48,274 nucleotides of DNA from Chromera velia (lineage: Eukaryota). The stretch covers positions 1-48,274 of the forward strand of contig JAHBMJ010000427.1 in assembly GCA_018398765.1 (NCBI GenBank), given 5' to 3'. The notes under the pieces are model-generated. The model was not told the DNA's origin. It searched no databases and saw only the letters and a program-made list of their open reading frames with translations. This document shows positions 1-10,479 of the stretch, piece by piece (position 1 is the first letter of the stretch; every line of letters begins with the position of its first letter). Made by a program: the position numbers and the translations under genes.

Positions 1-432
<432 letters not shown>

Positions 433-967
433 TCGTGGAGGTTCTCAAATCCTGAAGCTCGATCAAGATAGCCCCTGTGCATGCATGCAGTCACTCTCAG
501 CTTGCCTTTCTGTTTCATCATGTCGAAGGCAGATCGAACAGAGAGAGGGGGAGCCGTGTGGAAGGGTTGGGCTGCACAGACAGACACACAAATATTATGA
601 GAATGCAATGCATGTGGACCGACGCGTGCAGGTATGCATGTATACACATTCATGTGTCCATGGATAAGTATGCTTATCCCAGGACAAAAAGCAAAGAAAG
701 GAGCGGCTGGGGAAGCGAGCCCCGCTCTCCCGCAACCATGCATAGACAAACGTCTGGATGGAGCACAAAATTATACCAGCGGTACTTTCGACAGAGACCG
801 AGGGATTGAGTTTTGCCAATAGGAACTTCTCAGCTACATGCGTCTCGCATGTTCGTCACTTATTTATTTGTGACCCTTTTCTTCTCCCCCAGATGTTTTG
901 GGTGAATGAATTGAACAGTCGGGCACTCACATGGGTCGATCCACTTGGTGCCTCTGGGAACTGCCAT
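433..967 (-). CDS. Possible first two coding exons (967-931, 474-433) of a gene continuing off the left edge; [26 protein letters not shown]
   Basis: ATG at 967, GTGAGT donor at 930, CACAG acceptor at 475, GT donor at 432; phases match (T+GG=Trp). No homology recognised. Confidence 0.4.
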
Positions 968-1224
968 CTTGCTCTCGGTCGTTTCAGAGCGTGCCAGAAG
1001 CAACTATGGTGGGAGAGTTGAATTTGTCCGAAACGTTCTTTGGTGAAGCGACCTGAAAGGCTCGCAGAGGATCACCCACGCGCACAACTCCTTCGATTCT
1101 AGTTATGCTTCGACGTTCTTTGCAGAAAACGCTTGTCGCACTTGTCCGGATCGACACAAATAGACGGATGATTGTGCTCCTTGACTGTCACGGTTTAAAG
1201 CTATTTAAAGCTATATATATATAT

Positions 1225-1533
1225 AATGATCGCCCATTTGGTTCGGACTGACATGCAGATTATAACTGCATGTCGATCAATATACATGCACGCGGAGCCG
1301 GTTGGGGACGCGTGCATGCATGCATGCATGGGGAGTCCGGATGCATGCGCATGACAGCCATGCAGCGCGCGCGTGCGCGGCCAGCATGCAATTCGATCGA
1401 ATGCAATTTAATTCGATGCCCGCGCGCGCGCCGTGCATGCATGAGGTCGCACCCCTGCCGTCTCCTAGCTGGCGAGATCGATCTGGGCCTCGCGAGACCA
1501 ATGATCTGGCAAGATCTGGCAAGCTGAGTTGAC
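1225..1533. repeat. GC-rich GCATGC/ATCGAT-rich repeat fragment, probable non-autonomous transposon sequence
   Basis: Dense (GCAT)n and palindromic motifs after a (TA)n run; similar texture and CTAGCTGGC motif at 19446-19790. Ends not defined. Confidence 0.45.
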
Positions 1534-1539
1534 ATTGAG

Positions 1540-1575
<36 letters not shown>

Positions 1576-2098
1576 TGCAATGTCCCTACGGGACATGCCG
1601 TGGCCCCCAGGGGTGAGATAGGGTGAGAGCACTGAGAGGTGCATCTATGATCGTGGTACATGTATGCAATAGGTTCCCCTTCTCATATTAATACATATGT
1701 AGTGTATGTAGTGTATGTGCCTATGTGCTGTATATGCCTATGTAGTGTATGTGCAGCGCGAAGACCCAACTCGAGATTTTAGCCACTTTCAGTTTAGAGT
1801 GATGGAAGGGGTGCTAGCTTGCTCCGGGGTGCATAATTGGTTTGGATGCCGCCACACTAAGTGTTCCAATACTAAGACCTATAGGGCGCCGCCATAGCTC
1901 GGTCACCATGTATAATGCATGCATGCATGCATACATGTACATACATATATACATCAGACTAAAAGAACACATGTCTTGAAAAACGGAATTTTGGAAGCTC
2001 TCAGAGCGCGATTTGGACGCCTCCCCTAAGACTCATATAAAACCCTGACTCTATATAAAAATTCAGCTGATTTCGTTGTCTCATCTTCTTGAATTTAG

Positions 2099-2537
2099 GA
2101 AAACATCGTCGTTGGCCCTTTTGAAGTTCCTGATTTGTCTTCTCTTTCAAAAAAAGAGAGAGAAGAAAAAATAAAGAATGAGTTGAACCTAGAGGCTAAA
2201 GAGCATATTATCTTTAGCCTCGGTAACACACTAGGGTAGCACATCCCCTTCTTGTGTAGAGTGTGGGAAGGGGTATAAGAGGGGGGAATATACAGTTTGA
2301 CGGAGAAAGGCGAAGGGCACATACAGAGTGCGGCACACTTTTCTTTGGTCTAATTTGGAGATGGACCATATAGTGCCCGTGAACAACACGGCCCATCCTT
2401 GGAGACTCTGCAAGCTGGACTTCAAGAAGTTCAGCATGGCTGTGTGACAAGAGAGGATGGATAGATTCATTGCAGAGGCCAATGGTACACATAGGCCGGT
2501 GCACCTTTTATGTAAAGACTGCCACACTGCAGTCTGA
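2099..2537 (+). pseudogene. HNH endonuclease remnant
   Basis: Frame from 2301 reads WSNLEMDHIVPVNNTAHPW...V*QERMDRFIAEANGTHRPVHLLCKDCHTAV*. DHIVP (2364-2378) and LCKDCH (2508-2525) are the HNH signature. 'TECG' lies in an adjacent frame just upstream. In-frame TGA at 2445, frameshifts upstream, possible TTTAG acceptor at 2098. Confidence 0.75.
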
Positions 2538-2987
2538 TAGGCTCGGGAACCCACAGGAAAGTCTCCCACTCTATCAGACTTGGTCAGTTGAATATATAAA
2601 AATATGTAGTCTTGTCTGACTCTATGTTTATTCATAGATGGACCTATTCTCATGTACACAATCTTGTATATCTTTTTTCAAATGATTCTCATCAATATGC
2701 ATTAATTTGCATGCATGTACTCTTTGTCAATATACATATATGCACTCATACAGATTCATACACATGAATACATTCAACCACACGTTTACTCACCCACTCA
2801 CACCCACTCTCCCGTCCCGACAGCCACAGTTACACTCTGGTTTCTTGAATGCTTCTTCCATAAGGCCTTCTTCTACCCTTTCATCAGCTTTATCATCTGC
2901 ATCTCCTCCAAAGTTCTTCGAACTGTTGGCCTTTAGAAATAAACACACCTTTCTCCCCCCCGACTCCCACTCACAGACCGTCTTGCA

Positions 2988-4047
2988 TCAATGGTGCCTA
3001 CTGACTTCCCGTAGAGCTTTTAAAAGCTCCCCAAAATTAAATTTCCCTCCTCCTGCTGCAAAAAGTTTCTTTTTTTACTTGAATTTCCATTCCTGCAAGT
3101 AGTAGTAGAGAGGGGGATTTCCCTTCTTATCCACTGTGCATTCAATTTGCTGCCTCTGCAAATTGTACAGATACAAGAAGAGACGGATCCGATTGAAAAG
3201 ACTCTCTATCTTGAGAGAACTCTTTGGATTGCCTTGCAAGTCTTTCTCATCTTTCTTTACATACTCACGTTTGCCATAATTACACTTCGTTGTCAAGATG
3301 TCTGCACGGGCCAGAATCTTTGGGCAGTAAGCCTTCAGAGCATCTGTGTACAGCTCTATACATATAGTACAGGTGTTGATGATGAATTCTATGATGTTTC
3401 CCTTTGTGCGTGCACCATTCGAACAAAAGCACCGTGAGGGTCCTTTGCCTGTCTCTACGCAGGATTCTTTCCAAAGAAGGCGTCTTTCAGATCAATGTAG
3501 GCAATTCTTTTTCCCTCTTGCTCTGCTAGGCCCCCCATCTGCTGAAAGGTGTTCTGGTTAAACTCATCCACCCATGCATGCACATAGCGGTAGAATGTCT
3601 GAATTTGCTTTACTGTAACAGTGAAACTCTACTTGCACTCTTTGTTCCTTTTGTCTATCAGTTTCTTAAGAGAAGAGAAAAGTGTCCACACTTTCAGAGG
3701 AGGCAGACTTTCTCCCCATGTGTAGGCAGCCAGACACTTGCTTCTGGAGAGAGATCGGAGAAGCGCGTGTCGATCAAAGTGCCAGTGGAGATGTTGTATT
3801 CCGTGTTCTTACATCCTGGGGTAGCGCATCTCCCAGTACAGGTCTCTATGGGGTCGCCTTCTATCGTGAAGTCAAGATAGATACAGAATGAATGCTTGCA
3901 TCTGTCACATTGTTTTTCAAGAGACAGCAGCCCCCACTGTAGCACCTGAATGACCAAAGGGACCGTACCTTGATTCAAGATATCTTTCAGCTCAAACACT
4001 GACGTAGGTACGTTTGTGAAATCGGCTATTGTGTGAAATGATATCAA
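2988..4047 (-). pseudogene. Merlin / IS1595 (ISXO2-like) DDE transposase remnant
   Basis: Collinear motifs across frames: Zn ribbon GLLSLEKQCDRC...RCATPGC...ISTGT; MGG..GKRIAYID (D ~3491); ELYTDALKAY (D ~3342); CNYGKREYVK (cf. VNHxKxEYV); KIESLFNRIR (E ~3204, cf. NxIESFWxxLK); LYYYLQEWKFK; FGELLKAL. Contains stops and frameshifts. Confidence 0.85.
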
Positions 4048-4654
4048 TGTAAACCTGTGTTCACTTGTGTGTGTATCTTTATATGTGCAGGTGCTGTGTG
4101 GGTCAGATGACAGAAGGAAAAGCGAAGACTGTGAGATTGACGTCGACGGTTAAAACCGATTTTAGCTCGGACTATTACTTTTTAAATCACCCCTTTAGTC
4201 CCCAACTCTAAAAATTCTACTTAAAGATGCTTTTAAATTTTAATATAATTTTAGATACTCACCCCTGTCAAATATTAACTTTAGAAATCTAAAAATCTCG
4301 ACTTAGGTCTTCAAGCCCATATTAATATATGGTGCATGACAAAACCCTCAATCACGGTTGTTGGCTATGCAAAAGCGTAGCCGCGGTATTTATAAATGCC
4401 GTAGAGGGCCGGAGACGGCTGGACGGGCTTCAAGACGGTTGAGAAGAAGAAATAAGAAGAGCTCTGCTATTAGATACGTTTGCTAATAAGAAAATTAATG
4501 ACGTACAAAGACTTTGCTAACACATAATATTAACGTGAATAAACGTGAAACCTTCCTGAACCTAAGTGCTACTTGAAAAAATATAATCAAGATCATCTCT
4601 ATCCATGGCATCTTTTTTCAAGAGACCGTCCACGCCTCAAGACACCGTCCAGAT

Positions 4655-5668
4655 CCTAGTTGCATGATGGCCGGGTAATTACCAGGTAACCGGTTACCTG
4701 GCCCAGCTAGACCAATTTTTTAACAATGGCCAGGTTACCGGTTTACCGGCCATATAATTAAAAAAAAAACAAAAATAAAAATCTAGAAAAAAAAATTAAA
4801 AAAAAATATAGAAAAAAAAATTATAGAAAAAAAATTTAAAAAAAATCTGGCCGCATTCGAAAGACGCGGAAACTTTTGAATCCTAAAACTGTTTTTCTTT
4901 CACGCATGAAACTCATATGCATGCACAACAAGCGAATAACATGCATGAAAATCGATGAAACACATTCATGCGGCATGAAAGCACACACACATACACAAAA
5001 CACGCGTGAAACACATGCACAGTCAACTCGACGCGATAGCTGTATCTGAACAAAAACCAGTTGAGGAATTTTGATCCATCAACTGATTTGCGCAGATACT
5101 TTCTATCTAGTGCCTCTTCTCAGACTCTTCTTGGCATTGACGACAGCCCGAGGCTGAGGCTGGACAAAATCGATGACTTCCTCCCCTCCCCCTCTTCTGA
5201 CTGCTTCTGTGGATACATCAGGCTCATTTGCTCTCTCCTCCCTGTAAAAGAAGAATGACAGCTGGAATCTGTGTGAACAGTTTGCCTTTCGACATCTTGA
5301 AACTTCTAAGTTTGGCTTCTTTGGGGAACAACTGCTCAATCAAGAGCAAAACCAACGTTTCAACAACACAGGGTCACGACGTTTCCACATAAGAAAGTGA
5401 CTGACCTTTGCATCACTGAACGATCACATTCAATTGCAACAAGAGACTGCATACAGGCGCGTACGGGTATCGCAAGCATGCCTGACGCGCCGGGCGCGGT
5501 CGCGGCGGCCCCCATTGCGCCAAGGCCGCGCGGCGGCTGCACGGACGTCGATCGGGCTGCGGCGCGGGCCCGTGGCGCCGCCGCGACTCGGCTGGCCAGG
5601 TTACCGGCCAACCTGGTAACCACCCCCCTATTTCTGGCTGACTACCAAGTTACCAGGATGCACCTAGG
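4655..5668. mobile_element. Non-autonomous hAT-like DNA transposon (1014 bp)
   Basis: Perfect 8-bp TSD GTCCAGAT (4647-4654, 5669-5676); 11-bp TIR CCTAGTTGCAT / ATGCACCTAGG (1 mismatch); subterminal GGTAACC/GGTTACC motifs at both ends; no ORF. Confidence 0.85.
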
Positions 5669-6339
5669 GTCCAGATATGCGGCTTTGGCTTTCAAAACAC
5701 CATAAATGATCCGCGCCTGCGGCGCGGACTTTCAAGCTTATCCAAAAATGTGGCATAAACTATCATTAACAAGTGGCAGTTATGTTCAGAGAGGTCAAAC
5801 GTGAAAGAGAAAATGAAATTGTAACCGTAGTAATACATTACTGATAAATCTTTAACAACTTATTTTTGCTTATAAAAAAAGAAATCACAGTGCTCCCTGC
5901 TTACATCTACTTACATTTTTACTTTTTATTTACGGAGTCAATATATAGGTCTTTTATATACAGACACACATGCTGTAATGTTTCTTTCATTTACTTTCAT
6001 TTATATTTTGGCCATTCTAGTAGTAGCATAGTAGTAGATGTAGTAGCCAAACATTATATATGCTTTCTATTATCAACTTGCTCTTTTAAATCATCTAGCT
6101 GTGACTGAGACTGTGAGCTAGTCTATAAAATGTTTGAACACAACGTTATATAAGTCCCAAACTACACGCTTGCTACGCTTGCTGTATTAGTTGCTGTAGT
6201 TGATTGTGCTCACGTACTCACTCACCAACATACTTAGTCACTGACTTACTGAGTCATTCTTGCTTTCCTCACTAATTCACTCACTCACTGTCTCACTTGC
6301 TCACTCACTTACTCCCTCATTTTCCCTGTCTCTCTTCAA

Positions 6340-7795
6340 TCACTCATCCATATGCCTAAAGTTAACGACTTCCATTAACACTCTCACATCCACATGCCTA
6401 AATGGCTTTTGTTCACACACTCGCTTTTTCTGTCTCTCTTTGTTTATTTCTATTTATCCACAGGCCCTAGCGGCTTGAAGTTCTATTTACACACTGAGTC
6501 TCATTCTCTCTTAGTGACAGACTGTCTCTATTCATTCAGGTACCCATACGCCCATGCAAATATCTTCTGCTGACATGTTTATGCGAGTCCTTGTTGCTCT
6601 TCATTCACCCACACGCCCAACCGGCTCCTGTTCACCTAGCCTGTTCACACCGGTTCATACACTCGCTTTCCCTATCTGTGTTTATGTACCCACACCGTCG
6701 TGATACCCCAAACGGCTTCTATTTATACACTTGCTCTCTATGTCTCTCTTTATTATTCTTCATTGATTCACTGCATGAGGCCCAAGTGGCTTCTGTTCAC
6801 ACACTTGCTCTCCTTGTATCTCCTTGTCTCTCTTCATTCACCCACACGCCCAAATGGCTTCTGTTCACATACTCATTCTCCATGTCTCTCTTAATTCATC
6901 AGTAGGCCCAAGCGACTTCTGTTTACACACTTGATATCTCTTCATTCATCCATACTGTCAGGCCTAGCCATAGGCCCGAGTAGCTTTTGTTCAATGACAT
7001 ACAATTGATCCCTTTTCATTCATCCATGGGCCCAAACGGCTCCTGTTCTTAGTTTCTGTTCACATACTTGTTTTTTTTGTCTTTCTTGCTTCACCTGCAC
7101 GCCCAATCAGCTTCTGTTCACACACTTGCTCTCCTTGTATCTCCTTGTCTCCTTTCATTCACCCACACGCCCAAGTGGCTTCTGTTCACACACTCGCTCT
7201 CCTTGTATCTCCTTGTCTGACTCCCTTCATTCACCCATACACCCAAGCGGCTTCTGTTCACACACTCGCTCTCCTTGTATCTCCTTGTCTCCCTTCATTC
7301 ACCCACATGCCCAAACGGCTTCTGTTCACACACTCGTTCTCCCTGTCTCTCTTCACTCATCCATAGGCCCAAGCGGCTTCTGTATCTTTCTGTTCACACA
7401 CTTGATCTTTTTTCATTCATCTACAAGCCTAACCAGCAGCTCAAGCAGTTTTTCTTCAATAAGACACAATTGATTTCTCTTCATTCATCCATGGGCCCAA
7501 ACAGCTTCTGTTCACATACTCGTTCTCCTTGTCTCGCCTGCACGCCCAAACGGCTTCTGTTTACAAACTCATATATACTCATAAACATGCTTGCTCTCTC
7601 TGTCTCTCTTCATTCATCCACCTGCAAGCCTAAGCGGATTCTGTTACTGCACATACTTCCTTTTCATACCCCTCTTTCTCCATACACCCGCACGCCCAAA
7701 CATTCACCCACATGCCCAAACGGCTTCTGTTCATACACTTGCTTACCTTGCTTTATCCACAGGCCCAAACGGCTTCTGTTCACATCTCTCCCTCT
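6340..7795. repeat. Degenerate tandem array, ~20 units of ~50-72 bp, core CCCAARYGGCTTCTGTTCACACACT...CTTCATTCAYCCA
   Basis: Cores at about 6397, 6465, 6616, 6707, 6781, 6849, 6907, 6975, 7031, 7102, 7170, 7242, 7310, 7368, 7496, 7545, 7629, 7715, 7764. Confidence 0.92.
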
Positions 7796-9071
7796 TGAAC
7801 TCACCAAGCGCTGGACCCATACGCGGTGAGCCTCTCCACAATATTTTAAAGCGAATACTACAGCATCTACAGCGATATACACTATATATAGACAGTATTT
7901 TGCGTCCCAAATCCTCAAGTGGAGGTAGAAGAAAGTCAAGAAACCAGGTGCTGAAGAACGATAAGAAAGGCCAAGTAGAGAGAAAGAAGACGGGTAAAAA
8001 GAGGTTCCTGCAGATCAAATTAACCGTTTTTCCTCTTTGTCAAGCGCACTCAGTCGTGGTATGGCTTACTCCTGACTCTGTAAGGCGGCATGTCTTAACT
8101 TGCCACTGAGCTTGGTAGTATAGTCAAACAACGGAGCAATTCAGAACAGCTTCACTTAGACGGTATGCTTTATCGCCTTCCTTGAAAACTACACAGATGA
8201 TCGAATCTACGTACAATTCCCCTCCATGTGTGTTTTTGCATATGTACCGATACATCAAGGTTAGATAAAAGGTGATGATATTGAGCTCACCGCCAGGCCT
8301 AGGCGCCAGCATAGGTGCATGTTCGCCATGCACGCGCTGTACATGTAGTTGCCGGAAAGCGCGGGTCCCAAAAGGCAACTGTAACCCGATTTATTGGTAA
8401 TTCGAATTTTTTTTTTCCATAGGTGCGGCTAAGGGCCTTAACAGATACCATGGCCGGGGGCCATGGCACCGGGGGCCACGGCATATATATATATATATAT
8501 ATATTGAGAATCGTCGTCGGATCCAGCAGACTATAACAGACTCTTCCAGGGGTCACTCAATGTTAATTCCTGTCTACATTGCGCTGCCGCATTGTCACAC
8601 CCAGACTCAGATGGCATGCCCGCAAGCATGTTATATGTTAAGTTGAAAGTTATCGCCCGTTTTATGTTTAGGATAGGATAGGACCCACTGCCTGCTTCGT
8701 TGCATCAGTACTCTGAGTTGGTCAGAGGACAAGTACTGGTGTGCAAAAAAGAAAAGTGGTCTTTGCAGCTAAGTGGAGATTGTTGTCCTGAAGCAGTACA
8801 CAGGGGGCAGAAATTTAAGGGGTCGGGCAAATAAATCTGACCACCTATATCTCGAAAGTCTACCAGACCCCGGCATGCTTGACTGCATATATATCCACTC
8901 GTAGACGTTTTCTGGAGCCTCAATAACGTCATAGCTACCGTCAGACCCTGCTCTCAAGAAGGCCTGCTAGACAAAAAACGCTTCTTTTTACGCCTTGTCG
9001 CCTGGACAGATCCAATTGAGTGGAGGGGAAAGATATCCGTCGGTGACATATCTCGGAGCGCTGGTGAGTCG

Positions 9072-9788
9072 TTGCAGACGATCACTGCTGCAGAGCTCCT
9101 GTCCTTTCCGGACTCTTTACAAAGGTTTCAGAAATTCTTTCCACCAGAGACAGAGCCCTGGAAGTGGATAACCTCGATTGAAGAAGCTCTACAGGAGTGG
9201 CAGGCCGAAGAGATGGGTGATGAAGAGGCGGAGATGAAGAAAGACATCCCGCCTGGGGTGTCCATTCAGGGGAAGGTGTTTGTGCACAAGTCGGTCAAGC
9301 TGCCGCCCTTTGCTGCGATCGAAGGCCCCACATGGATTGGTCCAGAAAGCGAAATTCGTCCGGGTGCCTACGTTCGGGGTCGTGTGATCGTTGGTCGTGG
9401 GTGTGTGTTAGGGAATTCGTGCGAGTTCAAAAATTGTCTCCTTCTCGACAATGTGGAAGTGCCGCACTTCAATTACGTTGGAGATTCCATACTTGGAGAG
9501 AGGGCACACCTCGGAGCAGGGGTCGTGTTAGCGAATTTGCGATTAGACAAAACGAATGTATATGTGCGGTTGCCGAATGGAAAGAAAGCAGACTCTGGGC
9601 TGCGAAAGTTCGGTACAATTTTTGGAGACCGGGCGGAGGCTGGATATAACAGCGTGATACAGCTTAGAACTATTTTGGGTCGGCAGTCTGTTGTGCTACC
9701 TGGACTTTCTTTTGGAGGGTTTCTCTTGGAAGGGAAAATGATGCGACAGGCAAATGTGGAATATGAAGTTGTAGACCGGAAATTTTAG
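9072..9788 (+). CDS. Intronless GlmU-like LbH hexapeptide acetyltransferase/UDP-GlcNAc diphosphorylase C-terminal-type protein, possibly a decaying copy
   Basis: IRPGAYVRGRVIVGRGCVLGNSCEFKNCLLLDNVEVPHFNYVGDSILGERAHLGAGVVLANLRLD...GLRKFG is the prokaryotic G1P-TT/GlmU LbH motif. No ATG start (frame open from 8883). Some normally conserved residues are altered. Confidence 0.8.
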   Translation: MQTITAAELLSFPDSLQRFQKFFPPETEPWKWITSIEEALQEWQAEEMGDEEAEMKKDIPPGVSIQGKVFVHKSVKLPPFAAIEGPTWIGPESEIRPGAYVRGRVIVGRGCVLGNSCEFKNCLLLDNVEVPHFNYVGDSILGERAHLGAGVVLANLRLDKTNVYVRLPNGKKADSGLRKFGTIFGDRAEAGYNSVIQLRTILGRQSVVLPGLSFGGFLLEGKMMRQANVEYEVVDRKF

Positions 9789-9844
9789 GGAGAGCGGCGC
9801 TGCGGCAGTGAACCTAATGGACGTGTGAAAGAAGCAGGAACGTG

Positions 9845-10478
9845 CGTGCAGTGAAATTTAAAAATTTTGTTCAATATGACAATATGATGAGCCTGTTTGT
9901 CGAATTTTAAAAAAGGATGAGAACTAGGATGAGAAAAGGTTCTTGGCTTGTAAATAAAGTTGTAAATTGGTTAAACAAAAAAAGTGTTTTCCAAGGTGTT
10001 TTCTAAACAAATCAATTAAATCTTAATCCTAATCCTATAAAAGAACTGGCTACTATTCTTATTTACTATAGAATCGACTCAACAAATCTATTGATCATAA
10101 ACATCTGCGCATCGCCGTTTAGATCGCCGTGCACTCCAGTTTACATTTCATACTCAAAAAAACAATAAATGTTCCTTTGGATGATGACATATTGTCTAGC
10201 ATATTGTCATAAATGCATGGGACGACTTAACCATTAAAGTCACTATTTATCCCTAAACTAGCCTAGCCAATTCAGAATTCAAAGTTATTCAAAGTTGAAT
10301 TCTAGGTTGAATTACTATTCTTAATTTTATAAAGATAATTTATTTGTGAATCAATACATAAATTCGACTAGAAATTCAATCAATCAATCAATCAACATTA
10401 TGCCTAGCATTATGTAATTGAAGAAAACATGCATACAATGAGTACATATTCTGTTGATTTACATTTATTTTTAAAATA
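9845..10478. repeat. AT-rich degenerate repeat-derived sequence
   Basis: Abrupt AT increase; inverted CAATATGACAATATG / CATATTGTC motifs at ~9872 and ~10188-10210. Confidence 0.4.
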
Positions 10479-10479
10479 A

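Larger units (their letters stand above)
1760..4312 (-). mobile_element. Decayed Merlin/IS1595-like element carrying transposase and HNH remnants
   Basis: Inverted repeat GAAGACCCAACTCGAGATTTT (1760-1780) vs reverse complement of 4292-4312 GAAGACCTAAGTCGAGATTTT (19/21) encloses both pseudogenes; no clean TSD seen. Confidence 0.6.
1542..8502. mobile_element. ~7 kb composite DNA transposon-like insertion with (TA)n termini, 14-bp inverted repeat and 8-bp TSD
   Basis: ATTGAGAA direct repeat at 1534-1541 and 8503-8510 immediately outside (TA)n runs; ATGCCGTGGCCCCC (1595-1608) is the exact reverse complement of 8471-8484. Confidence 0.6.

Noticed and set aside
2099..2537. IscB, Cas9 or Fanzor identity for the nuclease remnant
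   Set aside because: No RuvC, bridge-helix or PLMP motif recognised; only an HNH signature is visible.
1684..4327. CATATTAATA at 1684 and 4318 as TSD of the inner Merlin unit
   Set aside because: The left copy is ~65 bp from the TIR, so it does not abut the element end.
6340..7795. CRISPR or TIGR array call
   Set aside because: Intervening segments are homologous to each other and variable in length, higher-order duplication explains the variants, and no cas or Nop-domain gene is visible.
6591..8109. ORFs with repeated HSPTRPNGFCSHT peptides
   Set aside because: They are translations of the tandem array; unit lengths are often not multiples of 3, so frames switch.
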